The notes below the pieces were generated by a model, which saw nothing but the letters and a program-made list of their open reading frames with translations, was not told the DNA's origin and ran no database searches. A DNA stretch of 64,000 nucleotides, taken from positions 6,585,943-6,649,942 of the forward strand of contig CAVNZM010000002.1 of NCBI GenBank assembly GCA_963693365.1, read 5' to 3'. The DNA is from Amoebidium appalachense. Lineage: Eukaryota > Protista > Ichthyosporea. The position numbers and the translations under genes are program-made. Shown piece by piece: positions 29,415 to 64,000 of the stretch (within the stretch, counting starts at the first letter, position 1; each line of letters opens with the position of its first letter).

Positions 29415-31079
29415 GGGGGGAGAAGGGGTAGATCGGACGGGTGTAACGGCATGGGTAAGGTGCAGGAACTTCATACATCATCATAAGGAACTCACCCCCT
29501 TGCTTTGTCCCAGCATTATGTCGAAGCCGGTTTGGGTCTTGTGGGTGTATTGTGGTAGTACCTGAGGACACATCTCGTTTTTTGGGGGAGAGGGGAGGGG
29601 AGGCGGACGGGCTGGGAGGAGGGGGGGCCGGGGACTCGGAGGGGAGGGGACTGGGTGGGAAGGGTGGATGGTGGGGGGGAGGGAGGACGGAAGGGCGGGA
29701 GGGGGGGGGGATGGGATGCTGGGGTGGTACCGGTGGTGGTGGTGGTGGTCTATGTGTGAAGGCGGGAGGGGGGGGGAGGAGGCAGCACACCTGCACCGGT
29801 GCAAAGAAAATTGCCTGTGGACCCGTCGACCTGCAGCTCGGCAATGTTCGCACTGAACAGCATGATGCCAACGAGGAAGAACAGCCACGAGAGAAACGCA
29901 AGGAAGGCCGCCACCCACGCAGTGATGTTGCTCAGACAGCACAGACACAGGCATTCAAACAGGCACGTGGCAAGGCCAAACGCCAACACCCCAAGGCCGA
30001 TGATCCACGCACACAGCCACAGGACGCCTGCTGACTGGAGCTGTGGAGGGGGTGGTAATGGGAGGAGGCGGAGGGAGGGTGGTGGTGGTGGTGCTGGTTG
30101 AGGGGTGGGGGTGGGGTGGGGTGGAGAGTGGGGTAAAGGTGGGGGGGGGGGGGGGGGGGGGGGTGGAGAGGGTTAGAATGTGTTGAAGAGCGTGAAGTAC
30201 ACGTTTATGACGGACAACACAATGGAGAGTTTGCAAAGCAGAAACAAAGAGTATGCATCATAAGCAGGGGTGGGGGGGATGGGGGGGGGGGTGGGGGTGA
30301 ATTACAGGAGGGAACCGTGGAAGCAACACACACATTCAAAACGCAGAAAATCGAAACACATATCCGAGAACCTAAAGCAGGTGGGCAGAAAGAAGACCCT
30401 GTGATAGAGCCCAACATTAGGGAAGTTCCTATGTAAATGATTTATTCCCAATACTTCTTTTTGAAAGGGAGGGCGGGGGGGGGGGGGGGGGGAGGAGAGA
30501 GAGAGGAGTGTTCCCAACACTTTTTTGCTTTTTGAGAATAGGGAGGGGCGGGGGGCCCGGGGGAGGGGGGGGGAGAGGGGGAGGGGGCGAGGGTGTGGCG
30601 GGGGGGCTTCGAGCAGAGATGTGAGTTTTGAGATCAGAGATGTACCAAAGGGTAAGGGAAACTTCCGGGGAACGCATACTACTTTCCTGTGTGGTGGAGA
30701 GAGGTCATGACGGAAAACGGAATAGATAATGATTGAAAGCTGAAAATGAGCAGCGGCCTTCAAAAAAAGACGTGTGCAAGAGCTAATACTTTGATTGGTG
30801 GGGCAAAAAAAAAAAAAAAAAAAAAAACCCCCAAGCAAATCACAGCTGGGTAGCCAGGCACTAACCTTATCGTAACCAAAGCCATTGTCCGGGTTTAGGT
30901 ACCAGATGACATCTGTGCCGTTGATATGGGTACCGCTGTGAGAGTGGGGGGGGAGGGGGGGGGAAAGGGGGGGGGGGGGGGGGGGGGGGAGGTTAGGTGG
31001 CAATAACACGTCTCGGGCTCATGGATGTCGGACTAACATTTGTGTGTGTGTGTGAATATCTGTGGGTGTGTGTGCGTCA

Positions 31080-31115
<36 letters not shown>

Positions 31116-32044
31116 GTCGTGTGTGTGTGTGTGTGTGTGTGTTACGGTGTGGGTGTATGTTTGTGTGCGCATACTCGTGGGGAATGCTGTTTTGTTGTAA
31201 TGAGGTATAGCCTATAGGGTGCTTTTGCAGCTGGCCAAATTGATAATCAGATTTTGACAGGACAGTCCAAAAAACATGTCCTTGCTATCTTTCGGACATT
31301 TTTATATGCAGTCATGCAATCTAGGGCGAATTTGTGCCAACCTGTTCTGCGAAGACTGCAAATTCTTAAATCCTGTGACTATCATCCACAAAAAGGCGAA
31401 GATGGCCCTTCTTTTTTTTCTAGTGAAGACAACTGCAAGGCTTGATATCAAATATGTGCCAGCTTGTTTTGCAATAATGGCCTCGTCACACTTCTCACCT
31501 TCACAAAGGGTTTGCAAGCCGCAAAACATGGACAAATGTGGGGGAAGTTTTGGGAATGATCATACACATTCAGCTAGAAACAAAAGGACAACACTACAAT
31601 TTGAACACGTGAAAACCAGTCTTCGTGAGCAGACGTTTTTTGTATGTTTTCGCTATTGAACACATACAGGTTCGCGCATTTTCAAGCTATCTAGTGCAAA
31701 TAGTGAAGCACAGTGTGGTGGAAAAGTTCAACTATTCACACTGTGAAACGGGAGCAAAAACATAAAAAACCACAACCCCCAAACTTAGCAACAAGCAATG
31801 ACTTTACTGCAAAAGATGTTTGTTTTCACGAATATTTCTCATCCACTATTACTTTACAGTTCGTTATTTCCAAAGAAATTGTTCGCAATATATCGATAAA
31901 TTAAAAGTAAACGACCACCCACCAAGCAATGCCTGCCGTGTTGCCCTGCGGGTTCTGGACCCACGTGCTTGTGAAGAAGGCAATCATGCCGCACACAATT
32001 GATGCCAGGGTCACGGCATTGCCGATGGATGCACAGTACCCCAT
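29095..32044 (-). CDS. Claudin/PMP22-superfamily (LHFPL-like) tetraspan membrane protein
   Basis: Exons 31923-32044 (MGYCASIGNAVTLASIVCGMIAFFTSTWVQNPQGNTAGIA), 1-2 uncertain small exons around 31175-31690, 30866-30935, 29791-30040 (LQSAGVLWLCAWIIGLGVL...FLAFLSWLFFLVGIMLF...FLCTGA) and 29095-29252 (GSFSLGNCTREWGYNIAIATTVLMFFSW...GNNAYV*). Four hydrophobic helices and an LHFPL-like C..xSLGxCxxxWxY second loop. Confidence 0.75.
30174..30267 (-). mobile_element. Diverged, truncated copy of the poly-C-associated element (tail B)
   Basis: GAAGTACAC...CGGACAACAC...AAAGAGTATGCATCATAAGCAG aligns to tail B; G-tracts on both sides. Confidence 0.55.
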
Positions 32045-32935
32045 TTTTCCTAGAAAATTACTCAAACCTTAAGGATCATGAAGACATCGGAAGGCTATGT
32101 AAACAGAGTTCACAAATGCCAGTTTGATCCGGCACAAGCCTCCAGTTTATAACAGTGCTGTGATATTCGACTACGGCACTAAGAATGCATGACATTAATG
32201 GTTTACGATTAGTGTAAATCAACATGCTGGGAGCACAACATGCATGCAGGAGTAAAAAAGACAAAAGAAAGTCTATTGAAATGGAATAAGAATATAAAAC
32301 ATAGATATAATAGAGTAAAGATATATATAACACACTATTAGAGATTTTTTTCTTCTATTTCTTATGCATTTTGGCTCTGTAAACATTTGATCATAGTCCT
32401 GTGCTTAGAATAGATCTCGTACCCATAACCAATCGTTGAACTGCGTGCTTCACAGTTCTAGCCGCGTGTCGGATAAAAATTTAAAAGGTCCCTGGCCGTG
32501 AAGGCGATATGTAATTTCAACCCCGGATCACAAAGGGGCGCCATCAGGTTGTTTACGACTCTAAATGGACATGCATGGCTCATAGCAATCATATCTCTTT
32601 TCAATGTTTACAGAAAAAAAAACTAATAAATACCATTATCCCTTCGAAAATCCAATAGTGGGTCTCACCACATATGCATAGCTGGCTTCAGCTGTTGCCG
32701 CGATAGAGGTAATCAATCATAAGGTCAACGGCTTGTTGCAGCCCTGCTGCATAGCAACTAATAATTGCCGCAGAATAATAGCCTTATGAAGAAGGTGGTT
32801 TTCGTGTCGCATTCAAGAGTGACCCCTTCAAGGCTTCAACTTGCCAAGAGAAGACGTAGATTTTGTTACTGAGGAGGTAGGGCGTTGTGGGCTTGAGGGT
32901 TTTGTTTCAGGTGTTATTGTATAGTAAGGTTAGAA

Positions 32936-44968
<12,033 letters not shown>

Positions 44969-45097
44969 AATCCCCCCTCAACCCTACCACACACCCACCC
45001 CCGCGCACATACACACACACTCGCACGTGCGCACGCGCGCACACACACACACACATACACGCACACGCACACACACGCGCACACACACACGCGTGCG

Positions 45098-45145
<48 letters not shown>

Positions 45146-46145
45146 CACGCACACGCACACACACACACACACACACAGTTTGTACACCGCGAATGCTTTC
45201 AAGTGACTCATAGAAGCACAGCAAACCCAAGGTTTATTTTTGTACAGCTATGCAGCTTTAAAGCCAACCAATGTGCATAGCACCCAAGGTTAGCCCAAAA
45301 GGGAATGATACGTTTCCGATGTATATAATGCTTCTTAGTGTTGAAGTTTCGAATTTTTGCGAATGAGATTTCCCCCCCCCCCCCTCCCCCCCCCCCCCCC
45401 CCCAAGCGGGCCAATAAAGTGCAATGATCCCCAAGCGTGTTCAATTACTTGTATTGTATGGCTGATCAGCGTAATTAGTTTTTGTTCAATTCGGTCTAGA
45501 CCGGTTTGGTTGTGTCAGGACAAGTAGCTTTCAACACGATTCTGTCTGCCAGACCAACCTGGGTAGTACAGGCTGTTCTATTTAAATGTGATATGTGTAA
45601 TATTCTCGTGTATTTGAAAATACAATCCACTTGCACGTGTATCCAATGGCAAATCCCCAAATATATAGTTCTATCTCGAAGGAAAAAAACTCGTTTCAAG
45701 CTTGTGCAAAATCCGTGAATACTCGAAACTTTGCCGACGAGCACTGCATGCATGTGCCGGCCACGCATATGCAAATGGTGTGTGTTGCTTTTGCTGCAGT
45801 TGCACTGTGTGATGTACACACATCAAGAAATAAAGTTATTGGATATTTGAAGTGATGAAAAAGGCTTTGATGCATACATATGTATGTGCATGTGTGGTGC
45901 CAGAAGATCACCAGACAGCTGCGTGCTGCTACAACCATACCACTGACAGTGTGAACATTTTCCAATGGACCACGTACGTGCACGGTAAGCAGAGTTCATC
46001 TTATGGACCCCTCCTAAGGCATATACACTTGAACTGTGGGAGGCGGCTGGTTGGTTGGTTTATGAGCGGGCAGCTGGAAAAATCAACCACCAGAAAAGCT
46101 GCTATCTGATATCAATGGTTTTATGGCTAAATCATCGCCAATTCA

Positions 46146-46180
<35 letters not shown>

Positions 46181-46473
46181 GGAGAAATAAAAAGGAAAAG
46201 AAAAGAAAAATCCAACTGTTGAACCGGTGTGTTGGCTTTATCATGCGGCGAGATATTTATTAAAAAAAAAAAGGGGCGGAGTCACATTCGAATTCAACAT
46301 CAGTGGCCTGCAGCTGCGGTCACCGTGTCGTGCAGGCGCGCACATTCAACACATCGTCCATGCATTGTTAGCACCAATTCAATGTGTTTCGTGGTTCCTC
46401 CCTCCCTCCCCCACCTCTTCTTCTTCTTCTTTTTTTTTTTTTTGCAGTGTTGTCCGTGGCTTGTACTCTAGAT

Positions 46474-46515
<42 letters not shown>

Positions 46516-46844
46516 CCCCCCCCCCCTTCTCCACCCCCTCCCCCCACCACCACCACCACCACACACACACACAGGGGTACACAGTCACCCACCCACACAC
46601 AAACAAAAAACGTTATACGCAGCATCTCACACTTGGCTTGACCTCAATATAAATATATTATTTTATTCTTCTCAAGAGTAGGAACCCAGCCCACCACAGC
46701 AAAACCACTCAACACATATCAGCCCGTCAGATATCTATAAAGAACACGTACCTTCATACTGCAACAAAGACCATTATCATTCGTAGAATACGTACATCTT
46801 GGTATGTGATATACATGTGACCGACTATTGCATAGTTCTAATAT

Positions 46845-46961
<117 letters not shown>

Positions 46962-47359
46962 ATGTGCGTGCATGTGTGTGCCCGCGCACGTGTGTGCATG
47001 TGTGTGGTGTGTGTGTTCGCCCGTGTGTGCGTGTGTGGTGCGTGTGTGCGTGTGTGCATATACATGTCCGTGTGTGCGGGAATGTGTGTGTAACACGGTA
47101 CATTCGACGGTCTAGGGGTCAACACAAGACTCTAAATAGGTGGCTGTTTTTGCCATATTTGTGATTGTCCAACGTCTGTTTTCCTTTTTCACTTCTAACC
47201 GTTTCATGAGACTATCAGCCTGAGTGAAACGTAAGAGCTTTTCTTTTCAGGCTGTGTGTGCTGGTATGGATGGGTGTGTACCTTCGGGCTGTTCGTGCCA
47301 TTCTGCGTTCCCGTGCACGTGCGTGAGAGTGAGGTGCTGCACGTGTGCATGTGGTGTGT

Positions 47360-47471
<112 letters not shown>

Positions 47472-47475
47472 ATGT

Positions 47476-47516
<41 letters not shown>

Positions 47517-47520
47517 ATGT

Positions 47521-47668
<148 letters not shown>

Positions 47669-47735
47669 ATACTGTCAATAGCAGTGTGTAGCACCTGCAC
47701 ATACACTCACTGTGTGCACCCAATCACTGCACGCA

Positions 47736-53553
<5,818 letters not shown>

Positions 53554-54935
53554 TTCTTGGGTGGAACGAAAAGAGAAAAAAGAAAGTAAAAAGAAGAATA
53601 CAAGTGTCCCTGCAGACTTGGCGCCAAAACAATAGTGTGTTGCTTCAATGTTATCCTGCCAAATCCTCTGCTTCCATCTAACATACAGAATGACAACGGA
53701 CTTTATCCATGCACTGTGATAGTTTTGGCTGTAGGTCTAGTGTGTGCATATTATGCCAAACAATCTCTCTGCCCCACTCACCCTATTTTTACCAACCAAC
53801 GCGCACGCACAAAGCTTATAAAATACATCTATTCCGAAAACAAACCCATCACGTATACGCTTAACAGGTGTATATTAGACGCTCTCAGTCTCAGTGTTGC
53901 ATACCAGGGGGAAAAAAAACTGAAAGCGGCCGGGGCGCAGCGATTGGCGCACAAGGCCTCCTTGCGCGGCAAAACTAGACCAAATAAAGTTAATCGTTAA
54001 CTCAAGCCATTGGTCAACGATTGCCAATCGGATCGGACTGGTGCGAACCATACGACCAACCAAGTCCTCTTGTTCTCAGGATTTCAGATGCGACAAAGTG
54101 GTATATTTGCATATAATCTCCTGCATCATTCACAATTCTATTAATTATTGAGCATATGCACAGTATTGTATGTAGGGTACATACTCAGTTCACAACGTTT
54201 TCTCGTAGGTGATAGTTCGATTCACGGCGGCAGCCGCGGCGGCGGCGCCATGTCAAGTAGACTCTGATTGGCTAGAGCCCCTACGCAGGGTGCCGAAATA
54301 ACCAATCACTCAAGTTCGGCTCAGAGATGTGTAAAATGGCTGTTTTTTTTGCTCGGCGGGAGTCACCGGACATCCTGTACAGACATCATACCACAAACCC
54401 ATTTGTTCTTTACCAGATGTACTTAAAATCCTCTATTTTGATAAAATCAACAATCAATAACACGTGTGACTTGCATCTACTATACTAGGGGAGACGGAGA
54501 GAAAAGGTTCCAAGAAATCAGGTTCACAAAGATCTGGATAAGAGAACATTTGCCGCGTTTCGAAGGTTCCATGCTTTTATTGGTCAAAATTTCCGATTGG
54601 CTTACATAAAATTCTGAAATGGCTGGTGTGGGCTGTTGCTCATCGTTTGTGCATGCACAGTGTGTGGGTATGTAAGCAGAAACCGGGGCCATTGATTCGT
54701 TAGAAAGCCGTGTGCTTTACATTTGACACATCGAGTTTTCTGCAAGCCAACTTCGTCACAACAGCACTTCCAAGGCTGACCTGTTGTGAAGTACAGTAGC
54801 AAATTCAAAGCAAAACAATCTTGCAACCCTACAGACAGCCGTATGTGCACAGACACTTCAACACTTGAATATTGAACATCCCACTCTTTCTATTATCGTC
54901 CTACTACACACTTCTTCTAGTCTCCTAACGCCATA

Positions 54936-58263
<3,328 letters not shown>

Positions 58264-58723
58264 ACGCCGAATCAGGTGGCACGGTTTAGGGGCCGTCGTG
58301 TGATTTGCAGCCAATAGAAACGTGTGGTGTGCCCAAACTTCCAAACCTTTAGATCAATTTGGCTTGGTGTATAGATGAAAAACTTTGACAGAAAGTTTTT
58401 AGGGGGAGGAAGGGGGGTGGGGGGTGGGTGGGTGGGGGGAGGGGGGGGGGAGGGGGGGGGGGGGGGGGGGGAGGGGGCGGGAGGGGAGTGAGCTGTTTTA
58501 TGATTGCTTACCGCCTGGTTTATGAAACTGCAAATCTGTAGACCGTGTGCAAACAATCACGGCTAGATTATCATCATACCGCACTCTATATGGCGCATTC
58601 TGAAACCGAATGTGTGCAGGGTTGCCTTCTATTTTTTTTACTAATTAATATCACTTTAATTGTTAGTAGAATGGCTAGTAGTTCTAATATATAGCTAGTA
58701 GTTCTATAATATAGCTAGTAGCG

Positions 58724-58786
<63 letters not shown>

Positions 58787-59234
58787 AGTAGATATTGTTG
58801 TGATTGTCTATGTACCCGGAATCGGGTTAAACCAGCAGCGACACCCATGATGTCTGCTCCTGTTCTGTTTAACCTCAAACGAAACTCATTAATAAATCGG
58901 CCTTGTGAGGTACTGTACTTAACCTTTCTCGTTCTCGTCACAACACGCACAGGAACCTCCCCCCCCCCCCCCCCCCCCCCCCCGGGCAAACATGCACGCA
59001 CGGACACACGCATGCAAGCCCGCCCGCCCGCACGCACATGCACCCACACACGCACTCACGCACACACACCCACTTCAGGAAGGCAAGTGTGTCGGTAGGA
59101 GCATGAATACGGAGCGAAGAATTCGAATTTTCGACTAGTGGCGTAGTAGGGGTGGGGTACTGGGGTGATGGTGGGTGTGGAATAAGCATAGAATCAAGGG
59201 GGTGTTATTGTTATGTTATAATGTGTGTGTGCGT

Positions 59235-59294
<60 letters not shown>

Positions 59295-59907
59295 GGGGGG
59301 GGGAGGGGACCGCCGGCGGCGGTGGGGAGGGGGGGGGGGGGGGGGGGGGTTGCCTCCGTGTTGAAGATGGACATCACTGAGTGTTACAATGGGAACTCTC
59401 AATCCGGGCGGAAAGGCAGCGGCGGCGGCGGGGGCGGGAGGGGGGGGGGGGGGGGGGGGGGGGGGTTTGCAAGGAAGAGCACACAAAGAATATGCCATGA
59501 TACTGATTTGAGGCTCGTTGTTGGAACAGGGAGGAGGGGAGAAGCTGGGAAGTTTGGGTGGCGAGCACGAAGACGTGAAGTATATGGATCGGGATGACTA
59601 GGGAGGGGTTGGGGAGGGGAGGGGGGATCCCCATTGGGGGGGGAAGGAGGAAATGACTACATATTTCAGGGAAGGGACCTGTGATGGAAGGGAAAAAGGA
59701 GCTTTCGAAGTTTTGGGGGGGGGGGGGGGGGAGGGGGGGGGGGGGGCAGGGGGCAGCGGGACATGTACAGCTTGAAGGAATGGAGAGGGCTGTGAGGTTT
59801 GTGGAAGGGAGGGTTGGGGGGGGGGGGGGGGGGGGGACTATGATGATCGAATAGAGCAGGTAGTGAATGTATATGTGGAGAGGGGTGGAGCGGGGGGAGG
59901 GGGGGTT

Positions 59908-60125
59908 ACGTATGTGTAGGGGAAGCATGGGTGGGAGTGTGTGTGTAATGTGTTCTAGGGAAGGGGGGGGGGGGGGGGGAGGAGAGAGAGAGAGTGGTAC
60001 GTCTGTGCAGGGGAAGCATGGGTGGGAATGTGTGTGTGGTGTGTTCTGGGCAAGGGGGGGGGGAGGGGGGGAGAACGTCTGTGTAGGGGAAGCATGTGTG
60101 GGAGTGTGTGTGTGGTGCGTTCTTG
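59908..60125. repeat. Degenerate ~75-90-bp tandem repeat (3 copies)
   Basis: CGT(A/C)TGTG(T/C)AGGGGAAGCATG(G/T)GTGGGA..TGTGTGTG at ~59909, 60000 and 60076. Confidence 0.7.
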
Positions 60126-60241
60126 GGGTTTGGGGTTGGGGGGTTGGGGGTTGGGGGTTGGGGGGGGGGCATGAAGAGAGCCGCACGTGTATGTGTGGAG
60201 TGGGGATAAAGGGAGAGGTGCGTCTGTGTAAGGGAGGGCAG

Positions 60242-60272
<31 letters not shown>

Positions 60273-60835
60273 TGTGTGTTGGGGGTGGGGGAGAGAGGAA
60301 AAATTGCGGAGAGACTGGAGTATGTGGGTAGAGTAGGAGAGGAGGTAGGGCGGTGTTCCAAGTCTGTGTATCGATCGGTGGGTGGGTGGTGATGGTGGGG
60401 AGAGGGGGGGGGGGGGGGGGGGGGGGAGGGCACGATTGGCATATCTGCGATAATTGACTATCAGAGACCAGTTAGTCATCTTACTGGAACCAGTAATTAT
60501 ATTAGGAACAAAAAATGCCCTCATACATAGTGATACATGTTGATACATTGGTGAAAAAAGCACTTCAAAAAAAGGGGAGACAAAGAAAAAGAACTAAATA
60601 ATGTTGTAGTGCTAGAAGGCTTCATCCTTCCTAACTTGATCTACATGACGGTTTTATAGTATCATTGCTTTATCAGCATGCGCATATTCCCCGCCCAGGC
60701 GTCCTTGCCCACCACCGCAGCGATGCATCCTGTATGTGGAAATCCCCTCTCTTTACCACCCTATTCTGTTTCAGCCAAGGTGGTGTGCTCTTGCACCTGC
60801 CATAATGTTTGAAAACGTGTGCTTATAGGGCATAC

Positions 60836-60876
<41 letters not shown>

Positions 60877-60890
60877 CACGTGCCTTCTAT

Positions 60891-61955
60891 CTACTTGCGC
60901 TCTGCAGCGTCTGCCTTTGCCTGCCACCACTCCTCTCTGGGCTTGAACCACTCAATACTCTGCGCCCAGCCCTCCTGGAACGTGAACAAGGGCTTGTAGC
61001 CTAGGTCCCTCTTAGCATGCTCAATGTTGAACCACCGATGAATGCTGCACGCCGCAACCACAAAAGGCACCAACTTAAACCGGATGCCCGTCACCGCCGT
61101 AACCGCCAACAGAATATAGGCGATCATGTACGCGAGAGGGGTGGGCACATTGATTTTGTCCGTGATGGATGGATATCCACAGGCCACTACCAACTCGTTG
61201 ATAGATCCCCAGTAGTTGTACCGGTCATCATCCGTCACCAAATAGAATTTCCCAAGGGCAGGGGACCCCTTGTAGAGTGCATCATGAGCGATAATGAGGC
61301 CGTGGCAGTAGTTATCGACGTGTGTGAATGAAATCATGTTCTTGCCACTGCCGATGATTCTCAACTTGCCGCTCTTTGCTGCCGACAGCATACTCGGGAA
61401 GAATAGAGTATCCCTTGGCCCATAAACCTGGTGGGGTGCAACCGAAATAGTCATCAAGTCATCACAACATGCTTGTAGAATGGCTGCCTCTCCCATGGCC
61501 TTTGTCTCCGCATAGGCTTGCATAAACTGCCCGGGTTGGCGGACGGGCATTTCCTCCGCCTTTAGCCCAACCATGTCTTTACCGTCGAAACGTGTGGAAG
61601 GAGTACCGGACATAATTAGTTTCCGGATCTTGTGCACCCGGCAGGCCTCAAGAACATGCAGACTCCCTCTATAGTTGACTGCCTCGTAAAGGTGGTGGGG
61701 AAGGAACGGTCCAACAGCGGCTGCGTTGTGCCACACAGCATCCACGCCCTCGCAGGCAGCAATCACCTCTTCCTTCTTGGTCAGGTCGCCCCGGATCCAT
61801 TCTATGCGCGGGTCATCACTTGCAAAGTCCGGTTTGGGTGCAATGTCGAACGACTTGACCTTTTTGGCCCCCCTCTCGAGGAGCATTTCCACAAGGCGTT
61901 GGCCCACAAAGCCGCTGCCACCTGTGACCAGGCACACAAGGCCCTCGACACCCAT
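60891..61955 (-). CDS. NSDHL: 3beta-hydroxysteroid dehydrogenase / sterol-4alpha-carboxylate 3-dehydrogenase (NSDHL/ERG26-like, extended SDR), intronless CDS
   Basis: 354-aa ORF with TGGSGFVG Rossmann motif, YAETK catalytic YxxxK, VYGPRD, FTHVDN and AKRDLGYKP, plus a C-terminal hydrophobic segment. The family is secure; exact orthology is inferred. Confidence 0.9.
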   Translation of the reverse strand: MGVEGLVCLVTGGSGFVGQRLVEMLLERGAKKVKSFDIAPKPDFASDDPRIEWIRGDLTKKEEVIAACEGVDAVWHNAAAVGPFLPHHLYEAVNYRGSLHVLEACRVHKIRKLIMSGTPSTRFDGKDMVGLKAEEMPVRQPGQFMQAYAETKAMGEAAILQACCDDLMTISVAPHQVYGPRDTLFFPSMLSAAKSGKLRIIGSGKNMISFTHVDNYCHGLIIAHDALYKGSPALGKFYLVTDDDRYNYWGSINELVVACGYPSITDKINVPTPLAYMIAYILLAVTAVTGIRFKLVPFVVAACSIHRWFNIEHAKRDLGYKPLFTFQEGWAQSIEWFKPREEWWQAKADAAERK

Positions 61956-61999
61956 TTTCTTGACAAATTAAAAAACAAAAACGCACAGGTAGGTGCTGC

Positions 62000-62035
<36 letters not shown>

Positions 62036-63355
62036 GCGTGTGTGTCTGTGTGTATCAGTGTGCCACTACGGTGCGTTCGTGTATGCGCCGGTGTGTTCTG
62101 TGTACATGTGCCAGGTGCTCACGTACCAAACGCAAACTGTTAGTAAGTAGTCTGTTACATGACTTGAGAAAAAAAAATCACATGGCCGCGGTGAGATCTC
62201 TCGTAGATATGCCGGGCCAATCAGTGTGCAGGATCTAACGTATGATGTTCCGGATTTTCCATAAATCCGGGAAAGCCGTGTCGTTATTTCAAGTTCTTGG
62301 TGGATGTCGAACTCGCGCCGCCCAGCAAAGTCCTAAAAGTGGTTTCGATTCCCGTAGAAAAGAGCAATTCTCTATGTCAAATATAAAAATGGTTGCTTTG
62401 TGTGCCGTTTTGTAAAGCATACCTAGACGAGCACCTGCGCGTGGTGTTTATATGCAACTCCCGCCTTTTCGCGCCGGGTTTTTGAAATTGTTTTCGATAT
62501 TCCACAGCTTAAGTTTCTGGAGATTCTGTTTCTCCATGCCATTGGATAAGCAGGCACCCAACAAAATTTGCCATATAATTTCCAAAAATCACTGTGTCCG
62601 CCGTGCCACCGACGGCCCACCGTGACCGTGGTACAGTCACTATGACTGGTTCGAATCTCTATTCTCTGCGTGCGTACAAAACAATATAGTTCCATGTGAA
62701 ACCTTGATGGTCCAGTGGCCGCACCCGGGCACCGTGCATGATACATGCCATATTACATGGCACAATGCTGTTGAAAACTGGCAAACATGTATATGGTCTT
62801 TCATGAGCATATCAATAAAGCCATTAAAAAAAACTAAACTTTTGCAGTCCCTACGACAGTTGTTGCCTCGAGCTCTACAGGAAGCATTATCGGTTTGGAA
62901 ATCCGCCGGTCGGTTTGGGACTTCCGTGCAAGTCTATGCCCCGTGCAATAAAGTCATTATAAAAAAAACAAAAAAAAACATGGTCGACAACATCAATGTT
63001 GGGGTCCTAAGCTCTAGGAGAAAAAGTGCGATTTCGGCCAATCAGTATCTCGTCATCTAATCTCCCTGTCGCGCACCAAACAAGAAGCCTCAGTACATGT
63101 GTACACGAGACAGTACACGCATCTTTCACGGGCCGAAGTGATTCTTCGATGTGGCCCTACATCTGCAAGAGCATAACCACATTGCATATGGTTTACCATC
63201 ACCACTTTTGGTATACTTAAATATTACTTATACAGTGTTGGGGATTGTCAAACCACTCGTATACAACGCCAGAACAACCCATCTCCCCATTACAGTAAGA
63301 CCTGCTCCGACGGCAAGCACCCACATCCCCACTGTTTACAAATCGTCTTCCCAAA

Positions 63356-64000
63356 ATGGGTGTCGAGGGCCTTGTGTGCCTGGTCACTGACGGCAGCGGC
63401 TTTGTGGGCCAACGTTTTGTGGAAATGCTCTTTGATCGCGGGGCCAAATGAAAAAGGTCAAGTCGTTCGACATAGCACCAAAACCGGACTTTGCGAGTGA
63501 TGAAACGCGCATAGAATGGGTACGGGGCGACCTGGCCGTGGAAGAGGTGATTGCTGCATGCGAGGGCGTGGATGCTGTGTGGCACAACGCAGCCGCCGTA
63601 GGACCGTTCCTTCCCCATCACCTCTACGAGGCAGTCAACTACAGAGGGAGCCTGCATTTTCTTGAGGCCTGCCGTGTGCACAAGATCCGGAAACTATATA
63701 CATTCTACCCCTTCGACAAGGTTTGAAGGGCCTGACATGGTGGGGGTAAAGTGTGAGGAGTTGCCTATACCTCTCCCAGGGCAGTTTATGCATGCGTATG
63801 CGGAGACAAAGGCTATGGGGGAGGCCGCCATTCTAAAAGCATGTTGTGATGAGCTGATGACGGTTGCCGTTGCTATACACCAGGTCTACGGGCCAAGGGA
63901 CCCTCTCACCCTCCCCAGTTTCCTGTCTGCGGCAAAGAGCGGAAAGCTTCGGGTGTTTGGAAATGGCAAGAACATGGTGTCATTTACACACGTGGATAAT
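63356..64000 (+). pseudogene. Inverted, frameshifted paralogue of the NSDHL-like gene (continues past the window end)
   Basis: Starts MGVEGLVCLVTDGSGFVG (G->D in the NAD-binding motif). Frameshift/stop at ~63449, a codon deletion near 63535 and a further frameshift near 63695-63725. Homology continues to FTHVDN at 64000. Confidence 0.9.

Overview
Intron-rich eukaryotic DNA whose introns are filled with (CA)n/(GT)n, (CT)n and poly-C/poly-G tracts, so most entries in the ORF track are shadow frames. The gene content suggests a unicellular holozoan such as an ichthyosporean (inference only). Manual splicing at GT-AG sites gives these genes: (1) a C2-4xWW-HECT NEDD4/WWP-family E3 ligase (-, 22 exons, runs off the left edge); (2) a decayed intron-containing RNase H1-like gene (+); (3) a claudin/LHFPL-like tetraspan protein (-); (4) an EEA1-like coiled-coil FYVE protein (+); (5) an RGS-domain protein (-); (6) a ~647-aa single-pass protein with a Thr/Gly-Asn low-complexity ectodomain and an integrin-beta-like double-NPxY tail (+); (7) an intronless NSDHL/3beta-HSD-like gene (-) facing a frameshifted inverted copy. 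Two items stand out. One is the integrin-tailed low-complexity receptor. The other is an 8-copy dispersed non-coding element that is always intronic and sense to its host gene, ends in a poly-C tract, is variably 5'-truncated, and carries a ~160-nt RNA fold supported by compensatory changes between copies.
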